Source of the DNA: Xanthomonas campestris pv. campestris str. ATCC 33913
GTDB lineage: Bacteria > Pseudomonadota > Gammaproteobacteria > Xanthomonadales > Xanthomonadaceae
DNA length: 32,000 nucleotides
Direction: 5' to 3'
Assembly (NCBI RefSeq): GCF_000007145.1
Contig: NC_003902.1
Span: 5,033,426-5,065,425 of the forward strand
Positions 16,013-24,347 of this stretch are shown in pieces. Each line of letters starts with the position of its first letter. The first letter of the stretch is position 1. The position numbers were made by a program, and so were the translations under genes. The notes under the pieces were generated by a model. The model was not told where the DNA came from. It worked only from the letters and a program-made list of their open reading frames with translations, and searched no databases.

Positions 16013-17188
16013 TCAAGACGCGCGCGCCGGGACCGGCAACCCCGGTTGCGCCAGCGCCATGCCCACCTGCAACGCGGCGGCCACGTTCCGCGCGGCGATG
16101 CGCACATTGCTGGCCGCCTCGGCCAGGGCCTGCTCCACCGTGCAGGCGCGGTGCACCACCGCAAACATCGCTGCGATGCCGTGCGCATGCAGCAGGCCGG
16201 CGCCGTTGCCCAGGCACCCGGCAATGGCAATCACCGGCTTGCCGTGGTGCTGCGCCACCCGCGCCACCCCGACCGGGGTCTTGCCATGCAGGCTCTGGCT
16301 GTCGATGCGGCCTTCGCCGGTGAGGACCAGATCCGCCTGCGCAATGGTGGCGTCCAGGCCCAGCGCCTGCGCCACGATCTCCACGCCGGGCCGCAGCTGC
16401 GCGCCCAGAAACGCCACCAGCGCAGCGCCCAGCCCGCCGGCCGCGCCGCCACCGGGCAAGCCGTGCAGGCGCAGGCCGAGGTCGCGCTCGAGCAGGTTGG
16501 CGTAGTGCTGCAGGTTGGCATCGAGTTGCCGCACCATGGCCGGCGTTGCGCCCTTTTGCGGGCCGAACACCGCCGAGGCGCCGGTCGGGCCGATCAGCGG
16601 GTTGTCCACGTCGCAGGCCACTTCGATGTGGCATTCCTGCAGCCGCACGTCCAGGCCATCGGTCTCGATGCGGGCCAGCGCCGCCAGCGCACCGCCGCCC
16701 GCGCCGATCGGCTCATTACGCGCATCCAGCAGGCGCGCGCCCAGGGCTTGGGCCATGCCGGCGCCGCCGTCGTTGGTGGCGCTGCCGCCAATCCCGATGA
16801 TGAAGCGCCGCGCGCCGGCATCCAGCGCGGCCAGGATCAGCTCGCCCACCCCGGCCGTGCTGGCCTGCAGCGGCGCGCGCTGCGCCGGGGGCACCAGCGC
16901 CAGGCCGCTGGCAGCGGCCATCTCGATCACCGCGGTGCGGCCATCGCCGGTCAACCCGAAGAACGCCTGCACCGGCGTGCCCAGCGGGCCGCTGACGGTG
17001 CAGTCGATCACCCGCCCGCCGGTCGCGGCGACCAGCGCCGCCACCGTGCCCTCGCCGCCGTCGGCCACCGGCACCTTGGTGTAGCTCCAGTCGGGGAACA
17101 CCTCGCGGAAGCCGGCCTCGATCTGGGTGGCCACCTCCAGCGCGGACAGGCTTTCCTTGTACGAATCGGGCGCGATGACGATTTTCAT
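16013..17188 (-). CDS. glxK: Glycerate kinase (GlxK/GarK family)
   Basis: 391 aa. MKIVIAPDSYKESLSALEVATQIEAGFREVFPDW...VPVADGGEGT is the glycerate kinase N-terminal signature. The C-terminus contains LVLTGEGRIDSQSLHGKTPVGVA. Confidence 0.9.
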   Translation of the reverse strand: MKIVIAPDSYKESLSALEVATQIEAGFREVFPDWSYTKVPVADGGEGTVAALVAATGGRVIDCTVSGPLGTPVQAFFGLTGDGRTAVIEMAAASGLALVPPAQRAPLQASTAGVGELILAALDAGARRFIIGIGGSATNDGGAGMAQALGARLLDARNEPIGAGGGALAALARIETDGLDVRLQECHIEVACDVDNPLIGPTGASAVFGPQKGATPAMVRQLDANLQHYANLLERDLGLRLHGLPGGGAAGGLGAALVAFLGAQLRPGVEIVAQALGLDATIAQADLVLTGEGRIDSQSLHGKTPVGVARVAQHHGKPVIAIAGCLGNGAGLLHAHGIAAMFAVVHRACTVEQALAEAASNVRIAARNVAAALQVGMALAQPGLPVPARAS

Positions 17189-17222
17189 GACGGAATGGGC
17201 TCAACGAAAAGGGGCACGGGCA

Positions 17223-18533
17223 TCACTGGTTCACCGCCCTGGCCGGTACCCGCAGCACCAACGCGGCGCCCAGCACCATGGCCGCGGCCAGCACGTACAG
17301 GGCCAGCTCGGTGCTGTGGGTGGTGTCCTTGATCCAGCCCACCAGATAGGGGCTGACGAAGCCGGCAACCTGCCCGGTGGAATTGATCAGCGCCAGCCCA
17401 CCGGCCGCGGCGGCGGCGGTCAGAAAGCCGTTGGTCAGCGGCCAGAACAGCGGCAGCCCGCTGACCGCGCCCATGGTGGCCAGGGTCATGCCCAGCAAGG
17501 CCAGCCACAGGTGGTCGGTGAGCGCGGCGGCCAGGCACAGGCCGGCGGCGCCCATCAGCAGCGGGATCACCAGATGCCAGCGGCGCTCGCGGCGGCGGTC
17601 GGCCGAACGCCCCATCAGCACCATGAACACCGCTGCGGCCAGATAGGGAATGGCACTCATCAGTCCGATCCGGGTCGGGTCGGTGACGCCGCTGCCCTGG
17701 ATGATCGACGGCAGCCAGAAGTTGATCGCATACACCCCGCTCTGGATGCAGAAGTACACCGTGCCCAGCATCCACACCGCCGGGTTGCGCAGCACGGCCG
17801 CCAGCGAGGTGGACGCCCCGGCCGGCTTGCCCGCTTCATCGGCGTCCAGCGCGCGGGTCAGCGCCTGCTTCTCGCCCGGGGTCAGCCAGCGGGCCTGCTG
17901 CACGCCATCGCTGAGCAGAAACCACACGCCAACGCCCAGCAGCACGGTGGGCAGGCCCTGCAGCAGGAACATCCACTGCCAGCCGGCCAGCCCGCCCTGC
18001 CCGGCCGAAAAATGGCTCAGGATCCAGCCCGACAACGGCCCACCCAGCACCCCGGAAATGGGAATGGCCGACATGAAGATGGTCATGACCCGGCCATGCT
18101 GCGCGCGCGGGAACCAGCGCGTCAGGTACAGCACGATGCCCGGGAAAAAGCCGGCCTCGGCCGCGCCGGTGAGCAGGCGCAGGGTGTAGAACCCGGCCGG
18201 GGTGCGCACGAACATCAGGCCGGTGGAGAGCAGGCCCCAGCTGATCATCATGATCGCCACCCAGCGGCGCGCGCCCAGCCGCTGCAGGATCAGGTTGCTC
18301 GGCACCCCGCAGGCCAGGTAGCCGATGAAGAAGGTGCCTGCGCCCAACCCGTACACGGTCTCGCTCATGCCCAGATCGCCCAGCATCTGCAACTTGGCGA
18401 AGCCGACGTTGACCCGGTCCAGGTAATTGAACAGGTAGCAGACGAACAGGAACGGGATCAGCCGCAGCAGGATCTTGCGGTAGGTGGCGGCCATGCCGTC
18501 AGGCTGCGGCAGGGGCCGGGAGGCTGGGGTCAT
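17223..18533 (-). CDS. MFS transporter, anion:cation symporter (ACS) type, TtuB/sugar-acid transporter-like
   Basis: ORF 17223..18686. I moved the start to ATG 18533 (SD GGAGCG 6 nt upstream). YRKILLRLIPFLFVCYLFNYLDRVNVGFAKLQMLGDLGMSETVYGLGAGTFFIGY resembles tartrate/galactonate/glucarate transporters. It is the first gene of the transporter-kinase-cdaR run. Confidence 0.85.
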   Translation of the reverse strand: MTPASRPLPQPDGMAATYRKILLRLIPFLFVCYLFNYLDRVNVGFAKLQMLGDLGMSETVYGLGAGTFFIGYLACGVPSNLILQRLGARRWVAIMMISWGLLSTGLMFVRTPAGFYTLRLLTGAAEAGFFPGIVLYLTRWFPRAQHGRVMTIFMSAIPISGVLGGPLSGWILSHFSAGQGGLAGWQWMFLLQGLPTVLLGVGVWFLLSDGVQQARWLTPGEKQALTRALDADEAGKPAGASTSLAAVLRNPAVWMLGTVYFCIQSGVYAINFWLPSIIQGSGVTDPTRIGLMSAIPYLAAAVFMVLMGRSADRRRERRWHLVIPLLMGAAGLCLAAALTDHLWLALLGMTLATMGAVSGLPLFWPLTNGFLTAAAAAGGLALINSTGQVAGFVSPYLVGWIKDTTHSTELALYVLAAAMVLGAALVLRVPARAVNQ

Positions 18534-18946
18534 CGCACGCTCCAACTCAGGGGTCGTCCAGGCGAACCGGACGCCGCAGCGCCCGCACCGCGGAAGGGGT
18601 GAACGCATTCTAGTTGGCGCTTTTTCCTGAAATCTTCGGCAGAGCGTTGCCTGTAGTGGCGCCGGCAAATACTGGTTTTTGTGCAAACACCCAAGCGGAG
18701 CGCTTCAGCCCCATCAGCCAAGGCAGCCCACCTAGCCAAGCCAGCCGCTGGCCGCCGCGCGCCCGACCGCTGCCAGACAAGCCCAACACCAAACGCGGCG
18801 AGCGCTGCCCGCTACCTCAGCACACGGACGCAGGCCCCCCCCCAGCCGAATCACGCCGCAGCCATCACCCCATCCACCCACAAGCCATCCAGCCCCACCG
18901 CTCTCCCTGCACAACGCCCTGCCCCCACCGCGCACGACCAACCGCT

Positions 18947-20191
18947 TCAACGATTCCCCACTCCCGATTCCCGATTCCCAGCCGCATAGGCCTGCGCCTG
19001 CTCCATCACCCGCAGCAGATTCCCACCCCAGATGCCGGCGATCTGCGGCTCGCTATAGCCCTTGCGCAGCAGCCAGGCGGTGATGCGCGGCAGGTCGGAG
19101 ACGTCTTCCAGCCCGACCACGCCACCGCCGCCATCCCAGTCCATGCCGATTCCCACATGCGCGGGCCCGGCGACGGCGAGCACGTGCTCCAGATGCGCGA
19201 AGAAATCCTCTTCGGTCGCGCGCTTGACCGGGTAGCGCGCATCCAGCGCCTTGAGCGCTTCACTCAGGGCGGTGCCGTCGGACATCTTCAGATGCTCCCA
19301 GCCGCCGTATTGGTCGGCCAGCGCCTTCTCGGCGGCCTTGCGCTCGGGGCTGGCGCCGCTGTCGATGAGATAGCCGCCATACGAATTCACCTGGATCACC
19401 CCGCCGTGCGCGGCCAGCACCTTCAGGCGTGCGTCGTCGATGTTGCGCGGGTGGTTGTAGACCGCCCGCGCGCCGCTGTGCGAGAGCACGATCGGCACCG
19501 GCGACAGCGCGATCAACTGGTCGAACACCGCATCGGAGGCATGCGATTGATCGATCACGATGCCCAGTGCCTGCTGCACCAGCTGCTTGCCGGCCGGGCT
19601 CAGGCCTTTCCACTCGGCCCCTTTCGGGTCGGTGGCCGAATCGGCGAACTCGTTGTTGAGAAAATGCACCGTGCTCATCAGCCGCAGGCCCTGCGCGTAA
19701 TAAAAGCGCAACAGCGACGGGTCGGCCACCAGCGGGCTGGCGTTTTCCATGCTGATGTACACCACGCGTTTGCCGGCGGCCTTGATGCGGGCGGCATCGG
19801 CGGGCGTGGTGGCCAGCGCGAAGCGTTGCGGCTGCGCGGCCAGCAGGTTGTGGATCTTCATCAGCCGCTGCAGGCCGGCGTCGCGGTCATCGAGATGCGC
19901 GGCTGCGCTGCGATTGCCTTGCCCGGTATAGACCGCCCAGAAGCCGCCATCGAGCGCGCCTTCGAGCATGCGCGGGTAGTCCACCTGCGACAGCCGATTG
20001 CCGGCATGGCCCTGCATCACATCGAAATCGCCGCGCTCCAGATTGGCCGGCGTGTCCAGGTGCGAATCCAGCGTGACCAGTCGCTTTTGCAGTGCGCTGG
20101 CGCGGGCCAGCTCGGCATCGGAAAACTCCATCGCGTGTGCCGAGGTGGTGGCGGCCAGCAACAACGACAGATACAGCGTGTGCAGTTTCAT
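18947..20191 (-). CDS. Membrane (renal-type) dipeptidase, peptidase family M19, with signal peptide
   Basis: 414 aa. It has the signal peptide MKLHTLYLSLLLAATTSAHA. The M19 hallmarks LVTLDSHLDTP, VIDQSHASD and PIVLSHSGARAVYNHPRNIDD are present. The last 10 codons (GNRESGVGNR*) are encoded by the heptad repeat at 18951-18980. Confidence 0.9.
   Translation of the reverse strand: MKLHTLYLSLLLAATTSAHAMEFSDAELARASALQKRLVTLDSHLDTPANLERGDFDVMQGHAGNRLSQVDYPRMLEGALDGGFWAVYTGQGNRSAAAHLDDRDAGLQRLMKIHNLLAAQPQRFALATTPADAARIKAAGKRVVYISMENASPLVADPSLLRFYYAQGLRLMSTVHFLNNEFADSATDPKGAEWKGLSPAGKQLVQQALGIVIDQSHASDAVFDQLIALSPVPIVLSHSGARAVYNHPRNIDDARLKVLAAHGGVIQVNSYGGYLIDSGASPERKAAEKALADQYGGWEHLKMSDGTALSEALKALDARYPVKRATEEDFFAHLEHVLAVAGPAHVGIGMDWDGGGGVVGLEDVSDLPRITAWLLRKGYSEPQIAGIWGGNLLRVMEQAQAYAAGNRESGVGNR
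18951..18980 (-). repeat. Heptad G-tract repeat (GGGAATC-type), four G-runs, inside the 3' end of the dipeptidase CDS
   Basis: The sense (minus) strand reads GGGAATCGGGAATCGGGAGTGGGGAATCG followed by TTGA (stop). Confidence 0.85.
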
Positions 20192-20336
20192 GCGGTCTCG
20201 CTTGCAGGGGGGGTCACCGGATCATAGCCGCAGGTGTCGGCGCGGCGGGCGCCCGCACTGCGTCATCGGCTGGCCGCCATCGGGCGGGCGCAGCGGTGCA
20301 ATGTCCACCGGTGCCACAGCACGAACGCCGACCGCG

Positions 20337-20365
20337 TTGCATAACCGAATAATCCATCTTCAAAT
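20337..20365 (+). promoter_or_regulatory. Candidate sigma70 promoter for the HExxH protein gene
   Basis: TTGCAT (20337-20342), a 17-nt spacer, then TCAAAT (20360-20365). It lies within the only AT-rich patch of the divergent intergenic region and implies a leader of about 130 nt. Confidence 0.4.
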
Positions 20366-20500
20366 CAATTGCAGACCCGCGCGCGCTGCGCACACTTGCG
20401 CCGCCGCCACTCCAACGGCCTGCCACCGCCCTCGCTTCGCCACACCGCCTCGGCGTTTGTGCGGTGGCGTGCGCGCCTTCACTCATGCCCGAGCGCCCTC

Positions 20501-22372
20501 ATGCCCAACGCATCGCCTGCATTGCCCCGCCGCCTGCCCGCCCGCCGTCTGCTGGCCGCCGCCCTGATCGCCACCGGGCTGCTGGGTGCCGCCTCCACCG
20601 CCAGTGCGGCCTGCACGGCCGGTCCCTGGACTGCGCGCGCCAACGAAGCCGGCATGCCACCGGTGCGTTATGAAACCACGCACTTTGCGTTCCGCTGGAA
20701 TGGCGACGGCGTGTCCAGCGCCGACGTCCGCGCGGCTGGCGAGCACCTGGAGATGGTCTGGGACACCTTCATCAATCGCCTGCAATTTCCCGAGCCGGCC
20801 TGCAACAGCACCACCAAGACCAAGGCCAGCATCCACCTGGATCCGGGCTTCGGGCTGAGCGGCGGGGTCACCGGCAGCGGCAACATGGGCATGTGGATGG
20901 CACCGGGCGGCCTGCGCGATCACTGGGGCCTGGCACACGAACTCACGCACGCACTGCAGGGGCAGACGCAAAGCCTGCGCGACTCCGACTACACCGGCTG
21001 GATCTGGGAATCGCACGCCAACTGGATGACCCACCAGCTACCGGAATTCCACGCCAGCGACGTGCATTGCTCCAGCATGCTGGTGAACTACCCGCACCTG
21101 TATCTGGGCTCCACCCGCGACCGCTACTGCAACTGGCAGTTCCTGGAATACCTCAAGAACCGCTACGGATACGCCATCGTCAACGACCTGTGGGCCAAGG
21201 CGCCCAAGCCGGGCGATCCGGCGCAACGCAGTGCCGACCCGTTTTCGGTACTCCGCACCAACATGGGCTGGACGCAGGCGCAGTTGAACGATGTGTTCGG
21301 CGACTGGGCGCTGCGCAACGTCAACTGGGACTACACCAACCCCGATGGCAGCGATCAGGGCGCGCTGTACCGCGCGCGCTACGGCAGCAACCTGGCGTTC
21401 GATCCGCAACGCACCCAGGACTGGGACAACCGCGACCGCGCGCTGCGCATGACCGTGCTCGACCCGGTCGCCGGCCAGGCCAACCGCTACCGCGTGCCGT
21501 TCGAATGGGCGCCACAGCGCTGGGGCTACAACCTGGTGCAGTTGATCCCCGCTGCCGGCGCCACCAGCATCGGCGTGAGCTTCGAAGGCCAGGTGCAGAC
21601 TGCGCCCGCGGTCACCGCATTGCCCGGCCTGGTGACCGACCCGGCCAGTATTCCGACGCCGGATTCGGACTGGCGCTGGGGCGTGGTCAGCATCGACAGC
21701 AGCGGCCGCGCGCGCTACAGCGCCCTGCAGCGCGGCGCCAAAGCCAGCGTCACCGTGGCCCTGCGCAGCGGCGACCGCGCGGTGTACCTGATGGTGATGG
21801 GCGCGCCCACCAACATGCACAAGATCAAGTGGGACCAGTCCTACTACGCGATCTATCGCTACCCGTGGAGCGTGACCCTGAGCAACGCCGCTGCGGCCGG
21901 CAGCCAGCCCGGCGCGCCCACGCCCACGCCGGTGGGCCGCCGGCATGCCAACGGCGGTGGCTGGGTGGCCAACACCGCCAATGTCGCCTCCACCGCCTAT
22001 GTGGGCCCGTTCGCGCGCGTGCTGGCCGGCAACGTGCTGGGCAATGCGCGCATCGACGGCCACGCCACGGTGATGGGCGGCACCGTGCAGGGCAACGCCG
22101 TGCTCGGCGGGCTGACCGTATGGCACCCCGGCGCGGTGATCGGCAACACCGCGCAGGCCCAGACCGTGTTCATGGGCCCGGGCGCCTTCGGTGCGGTCGC
22201 CGTGGCCGGCACCACCCAGGTGCGTGGCGATCTGGAACTGCGCGAAGGCACCACACCTAGCCAGGGCGTGTTCTACGGCTATGCCGACACCGAGACGATG
22301 CGCAACCCTGAGTTCGGTGCAGACCTGCGCCAGGCGGTGCCGGAGATCACTGCGCGGCCGGCGGGCTGGTAA
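20501..22372 (+). CDS. Secreted HExxH zinc-metalloprotease-like protein with C-terminal hexapeptide/beta-helix-like repeats
   Basis: ORF 20369..22372. I moved the start to ATG 20501 (MPNASPALPRRLPARRLLAAALIATGLLGAASTASA, an RR-containing signal peptide). HELTH lies at 20936-20950 within GLAHELTHALQ. The C-terminus has G/N/V-rich repeats (VLAGNVLGNARIDGHATVMGGTVQGNAVLGGLTVWHPGAVIGNTAQ). As I recall, similar proteins are annotated as DUF/'avirulence protein' in Xanthomonas; this is unverified. Confidence 0.8.
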   Translation: MPNASPALPRRLPARRLLAAALIATGLLGAASTASAACTAGPWTARANEAGMPPVRYETTHFAFRWNGDGVSSADVRAAGEHLEMVWDTFINRLQFPEPACNSTTKTKASIHLDPGFGLSGGVTGSGNMGMWMAPGGLRDHWGLAHELTHALQGQTQSLRDSDYTGWIWESHANWMTHQLPEFHASDVHCSSMLVNYPHLYLGSTRDRYCNWQFLEYLKNRYGYAIVNDLWAKAPKPGDPAQRSADPFSVLRTNMGWTQAQLNDVFGDWALRNVNWDYTNPDGSDQGALYRARYGSNLAFDPQRTQDWDNRDRALRMTVLDPVAGQANRYRVPFEWAPQRWGYNLVQLIPAAGATSIGVSFEGQVQTAPAVTALPGLVTDPASIPTPDSDWRWGVVSIDSSGRARYSALQRGAKASVTVALRSGDRAVYLMVMGAPTNMHKIKWDQSYYAIYRYPWSVTLSNAAAAGSQPGAPTPTPVGRRHANGGGWVANTANVASTAYVGPFARVLAGNVLGNARIDGHATVMGGTVQGNAVLGGLTVWHPGAVIGNTAQAQTVFMGPGAFGAVAVAGTTQVRGDLELREGTTPSQGVFYGYADTETMRNPEFGADLRQAVPEITARPAGW

Positions 22373-22389
22373 TCAAGCTGTCGCGCTGA

Positions 22390-22414
22390 GCGTTGTCTGC
22401 CCCGCAGACAGCGC
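22390..22414 (+). terminator. Hairpin 18 nt after the HExxH gene stop (candidate terminator)
   Basis: GCGTTGTCTGC-CCC-GCAGACAGCGC, an 11-bp stem with one G-U. No U-tract follows. Confidence 0.35.
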
Positions 22415-22447
22415 GCGCGGGCCAGGGAGGCCGTGCGTGCGGTGCTG

Positions 22448-22509
22448 GCGCGATCACGACTGTGGATCGCGCAGCACGCGTGTCTTTGTTGCGCGTGCGG
22501 TGACACGCG
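22448..22509 (-). terminator. Two further GC hairpins in the convergent intergenic region (candidate terminators for the minus-strand small gene)
   Basis: GCGCGATC-N9-GATCGCGC (22448-22472) and CGCGTGTC-N17-GACACGCG (22477-22509). Confidence 0.3.
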
Positions 22510-22594
22510 TGAGTAGCCAGGCAACGCGCGCATCGGACACCCATCGCGTGCCGATCAACAGCCTGCGCTCACACTGCCGCGCGCACCGGCCCGC

Positions 22595-22912
22595 TCAATC
22601 GTCGAGTTCGGCCAGCCGTGCACGCACGCTGTCGGCATCGATGTGGTCGCGCAGGTGCGGCCACTGCCGTGCCCACACCGACAGGAACACGATCCAGGCG
22701 CCAAACACGCCCAGGCAGGTCGAACCCAGCGCCAGGATCAGCGGATGCAGCGGCGACTGCACGCCGGTCTTGAACAGATACATGAAGGCTCCGGCGAACA
22801 GCAGCCACACACCGAACACCGGCCAATTGCTGGCCAGCAGGCTGGTGTTGGGGCGCTCGATCTGCCGCAACAACCGGCGCAGCGCCTTGCGTTCGTCGTC
22901 GTGGGTGGTCAT
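22595..22912 (-). CDS. Hypothetical small membrane protein (2 TM)
   Basis: ORF 22595..23047. I moved the start to ATG 22912 (MTTHDDERKALRRLLRQIERPNTSLLASNWPVFGVWLLFAGAFMYLF...LGVFGAWIVFLSVWA). I recognise no family. Confidence 0.6.
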   Translation of the reverse strand: MTTHDDERKALRRLLRQIERPNTSLLASNWPVFGVWLLFAGAFMYLFKTGVQSPLHPLILALGSTCLGVFGAWIVFLSVWARQWPHLRDHIDADSVRARLAELDD

Positions 22913-23120
22913 CGCCAGGCCTCTGCTGCGGGATGTGGAGGGCGGCAACCCACTGGCTGCCAGGCGCGCGGTGATGGGCGCACGTGCAGCGCGGTCCGTG
23001 TAGCCATGTGCCCCGTGCATGGTGCCAGGGCATGGCGCGGGCATCACGCCTCGATCGTACTGCGGCCCGCGTCATCGCCCCCGCCGATACCCACGGCACC
23101 GGCAAGGAGCAAGGACGTTG

Positions 23121-24290
23121 TCAGTCGACCACGCGGCAGAACACCGCCTTGAGATAACGCGATTCCTGCACGTGCGCCATGAACGGATGGTCCGGGCCGG
23201 CACCGGCGACTTTCAGGATCTGGATGGTGCGCCCGGAGAAATACGAAGCGCGCCGCAGCATGTCCAGAAACTCCTGCTCAGCCACCAGGCCGGTGCACGA
23301 GAAGGTCGCAAACAGGCCACCCGGCTTGACCACGCCCAGCGCCAGCTTGTTCATGTCCAGATACTTCTTCAGCGCCGGAATCACCTGCTCGCGGTCGCGG
23401 GTCATCTTGGCCGGGTCCAGGATCACCACGTCGTATTTCTCGCCGCGGTTGGCCGCATCGCGCAGCCACGGAAAGATGTCGGCCTGCACGAACTTCGGGC
23501 GCACGTTGTTGAGCTTGGCGTTGCCCTTGGCAATGGCGATCACGTCTTCGTCGATGTCCACGCCCAGCACCTCGGTGGCGCCGCGCGCAGCCGCATACAC
23601 CGCAAACCCGCCGGTGTTGCAGCACAGGTCCAGCACGGTCTTGTCCTTGACCTGCTCGCTCAGCCACTGGCGGTTCTCGCGCTGGTCGGCAAAGAAACCG
23701 GTCTTGTGCGCACCGGCCGGGTCGGCACGGAACTTGATGCCGTACTCGGTGATCACCGACGCTTCGGTGGTGGTGTTGCTGTGGAAATCGAAGCTTTCCT
23801 GCTTTTGCACATGCTCATCGGCAAAGCTGTGGAAACGGCAGCCCGGGAACTGCTCGCGCAAGGCCTCGTAGATCCACTCGCGGTGGCGGAACATGCCGGC
23901 GGCGAAGAATTCCACCACCACCAGGTCGCCATAGCGGTCCACCACCAGCCCGGACAGGCCATCGCCTTCGCTATGCACCACGCGCCAGGCATCGGACACG
24001 CCATCGAGCTGCAGCCAGTCGCGGCGCAGGCTCACCGCCGCGGCGATCTTGCGCGAGAACCAGCCCGCATCCACCGGCACCGACTGGTCGGTTTCCAGGA
24101 TGCGCACGGCAATACGCGAATGGCCGTTGTAGAAGCCGCGGCCGATCCATTCCCCGTCCACGCCGACCACATCGACGATGGTGCCGGGCTTGGGCTTGGC
24201 GGCGGGCTTTTCCACCAGCTTCTGGAAGATCCACGGGTGGCTGGAGCGCCACGCATTCTTGAGTCGGACGACGGGGACAGGAGTATTCAT
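23121..24290 (-). CDS. rlmI: 23S rRNA m5C methyltransferase RlmI-like (PUA + class I SAM-dependent methyltransferase)
   Basis: 389 aa, colinear with E. coli RlmI as I recall it: HPWIF..., SDGLSGLVVDRYGDLVVVEF, KTGFFADQRENR, VLDLCCNTGGFAVYAA, YDVVILDPAK, FATFSCTG, RYLKAVFCRVV. Confidence 0.85.
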   Translation of the reverse strand: MNTPVPVVRLKNAWRSSHPWIFQKLVEKPAAKPKPGTIVDVVGVDGEWIGRGFYNGHSRIAVRILETDQSVPVDAGWFSRKIAAAVSLRRDWLQLDGVSDAWRVVHSEGDGLSGLVVDRYGDLVVVEFFAAGMFRHREWIYEALREQFPGCRFHSFADEHVQKQESFDFHSNTTTEASVITEYGIKFRADPAGAHKTGFFADQRENRQWLSEQVKDKTVLDLCCNTGGFAVYAAARGATEVLGVDIDEDVIAIAKGNAKLNNVRPKFVQADIFPWLRDAANRGEKYDVVILDPAKMTRDREQVIPALKKYLDMNKLALGVVKPGGLFATFSCTGLVAEQEFLDMLRRASYFSGRTIQILKVAGAGPDHPFMAHVQESRYLKAVFCRVVD

Positions 24291-24347
24291 TCACCTATTG
24301 TATCCGGCTGGATTGACGCGCCCGCCCCCGGCCCGCAGAATCGGCCG

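Noticed and set aside
20436-20460. PIP-box-like sequence TTCGC-N15-TTTGT upstream of the secreted HExxH protein gene (a possible HrpX regulon member).
   Set aside because: The second half-site has a mismatch. No YANNRT -10-like motif lies 30-32 bp downstream. The site is only 40 bp from the ATG and sits downstream of the better sigma70-like promoter at 20337-20365.
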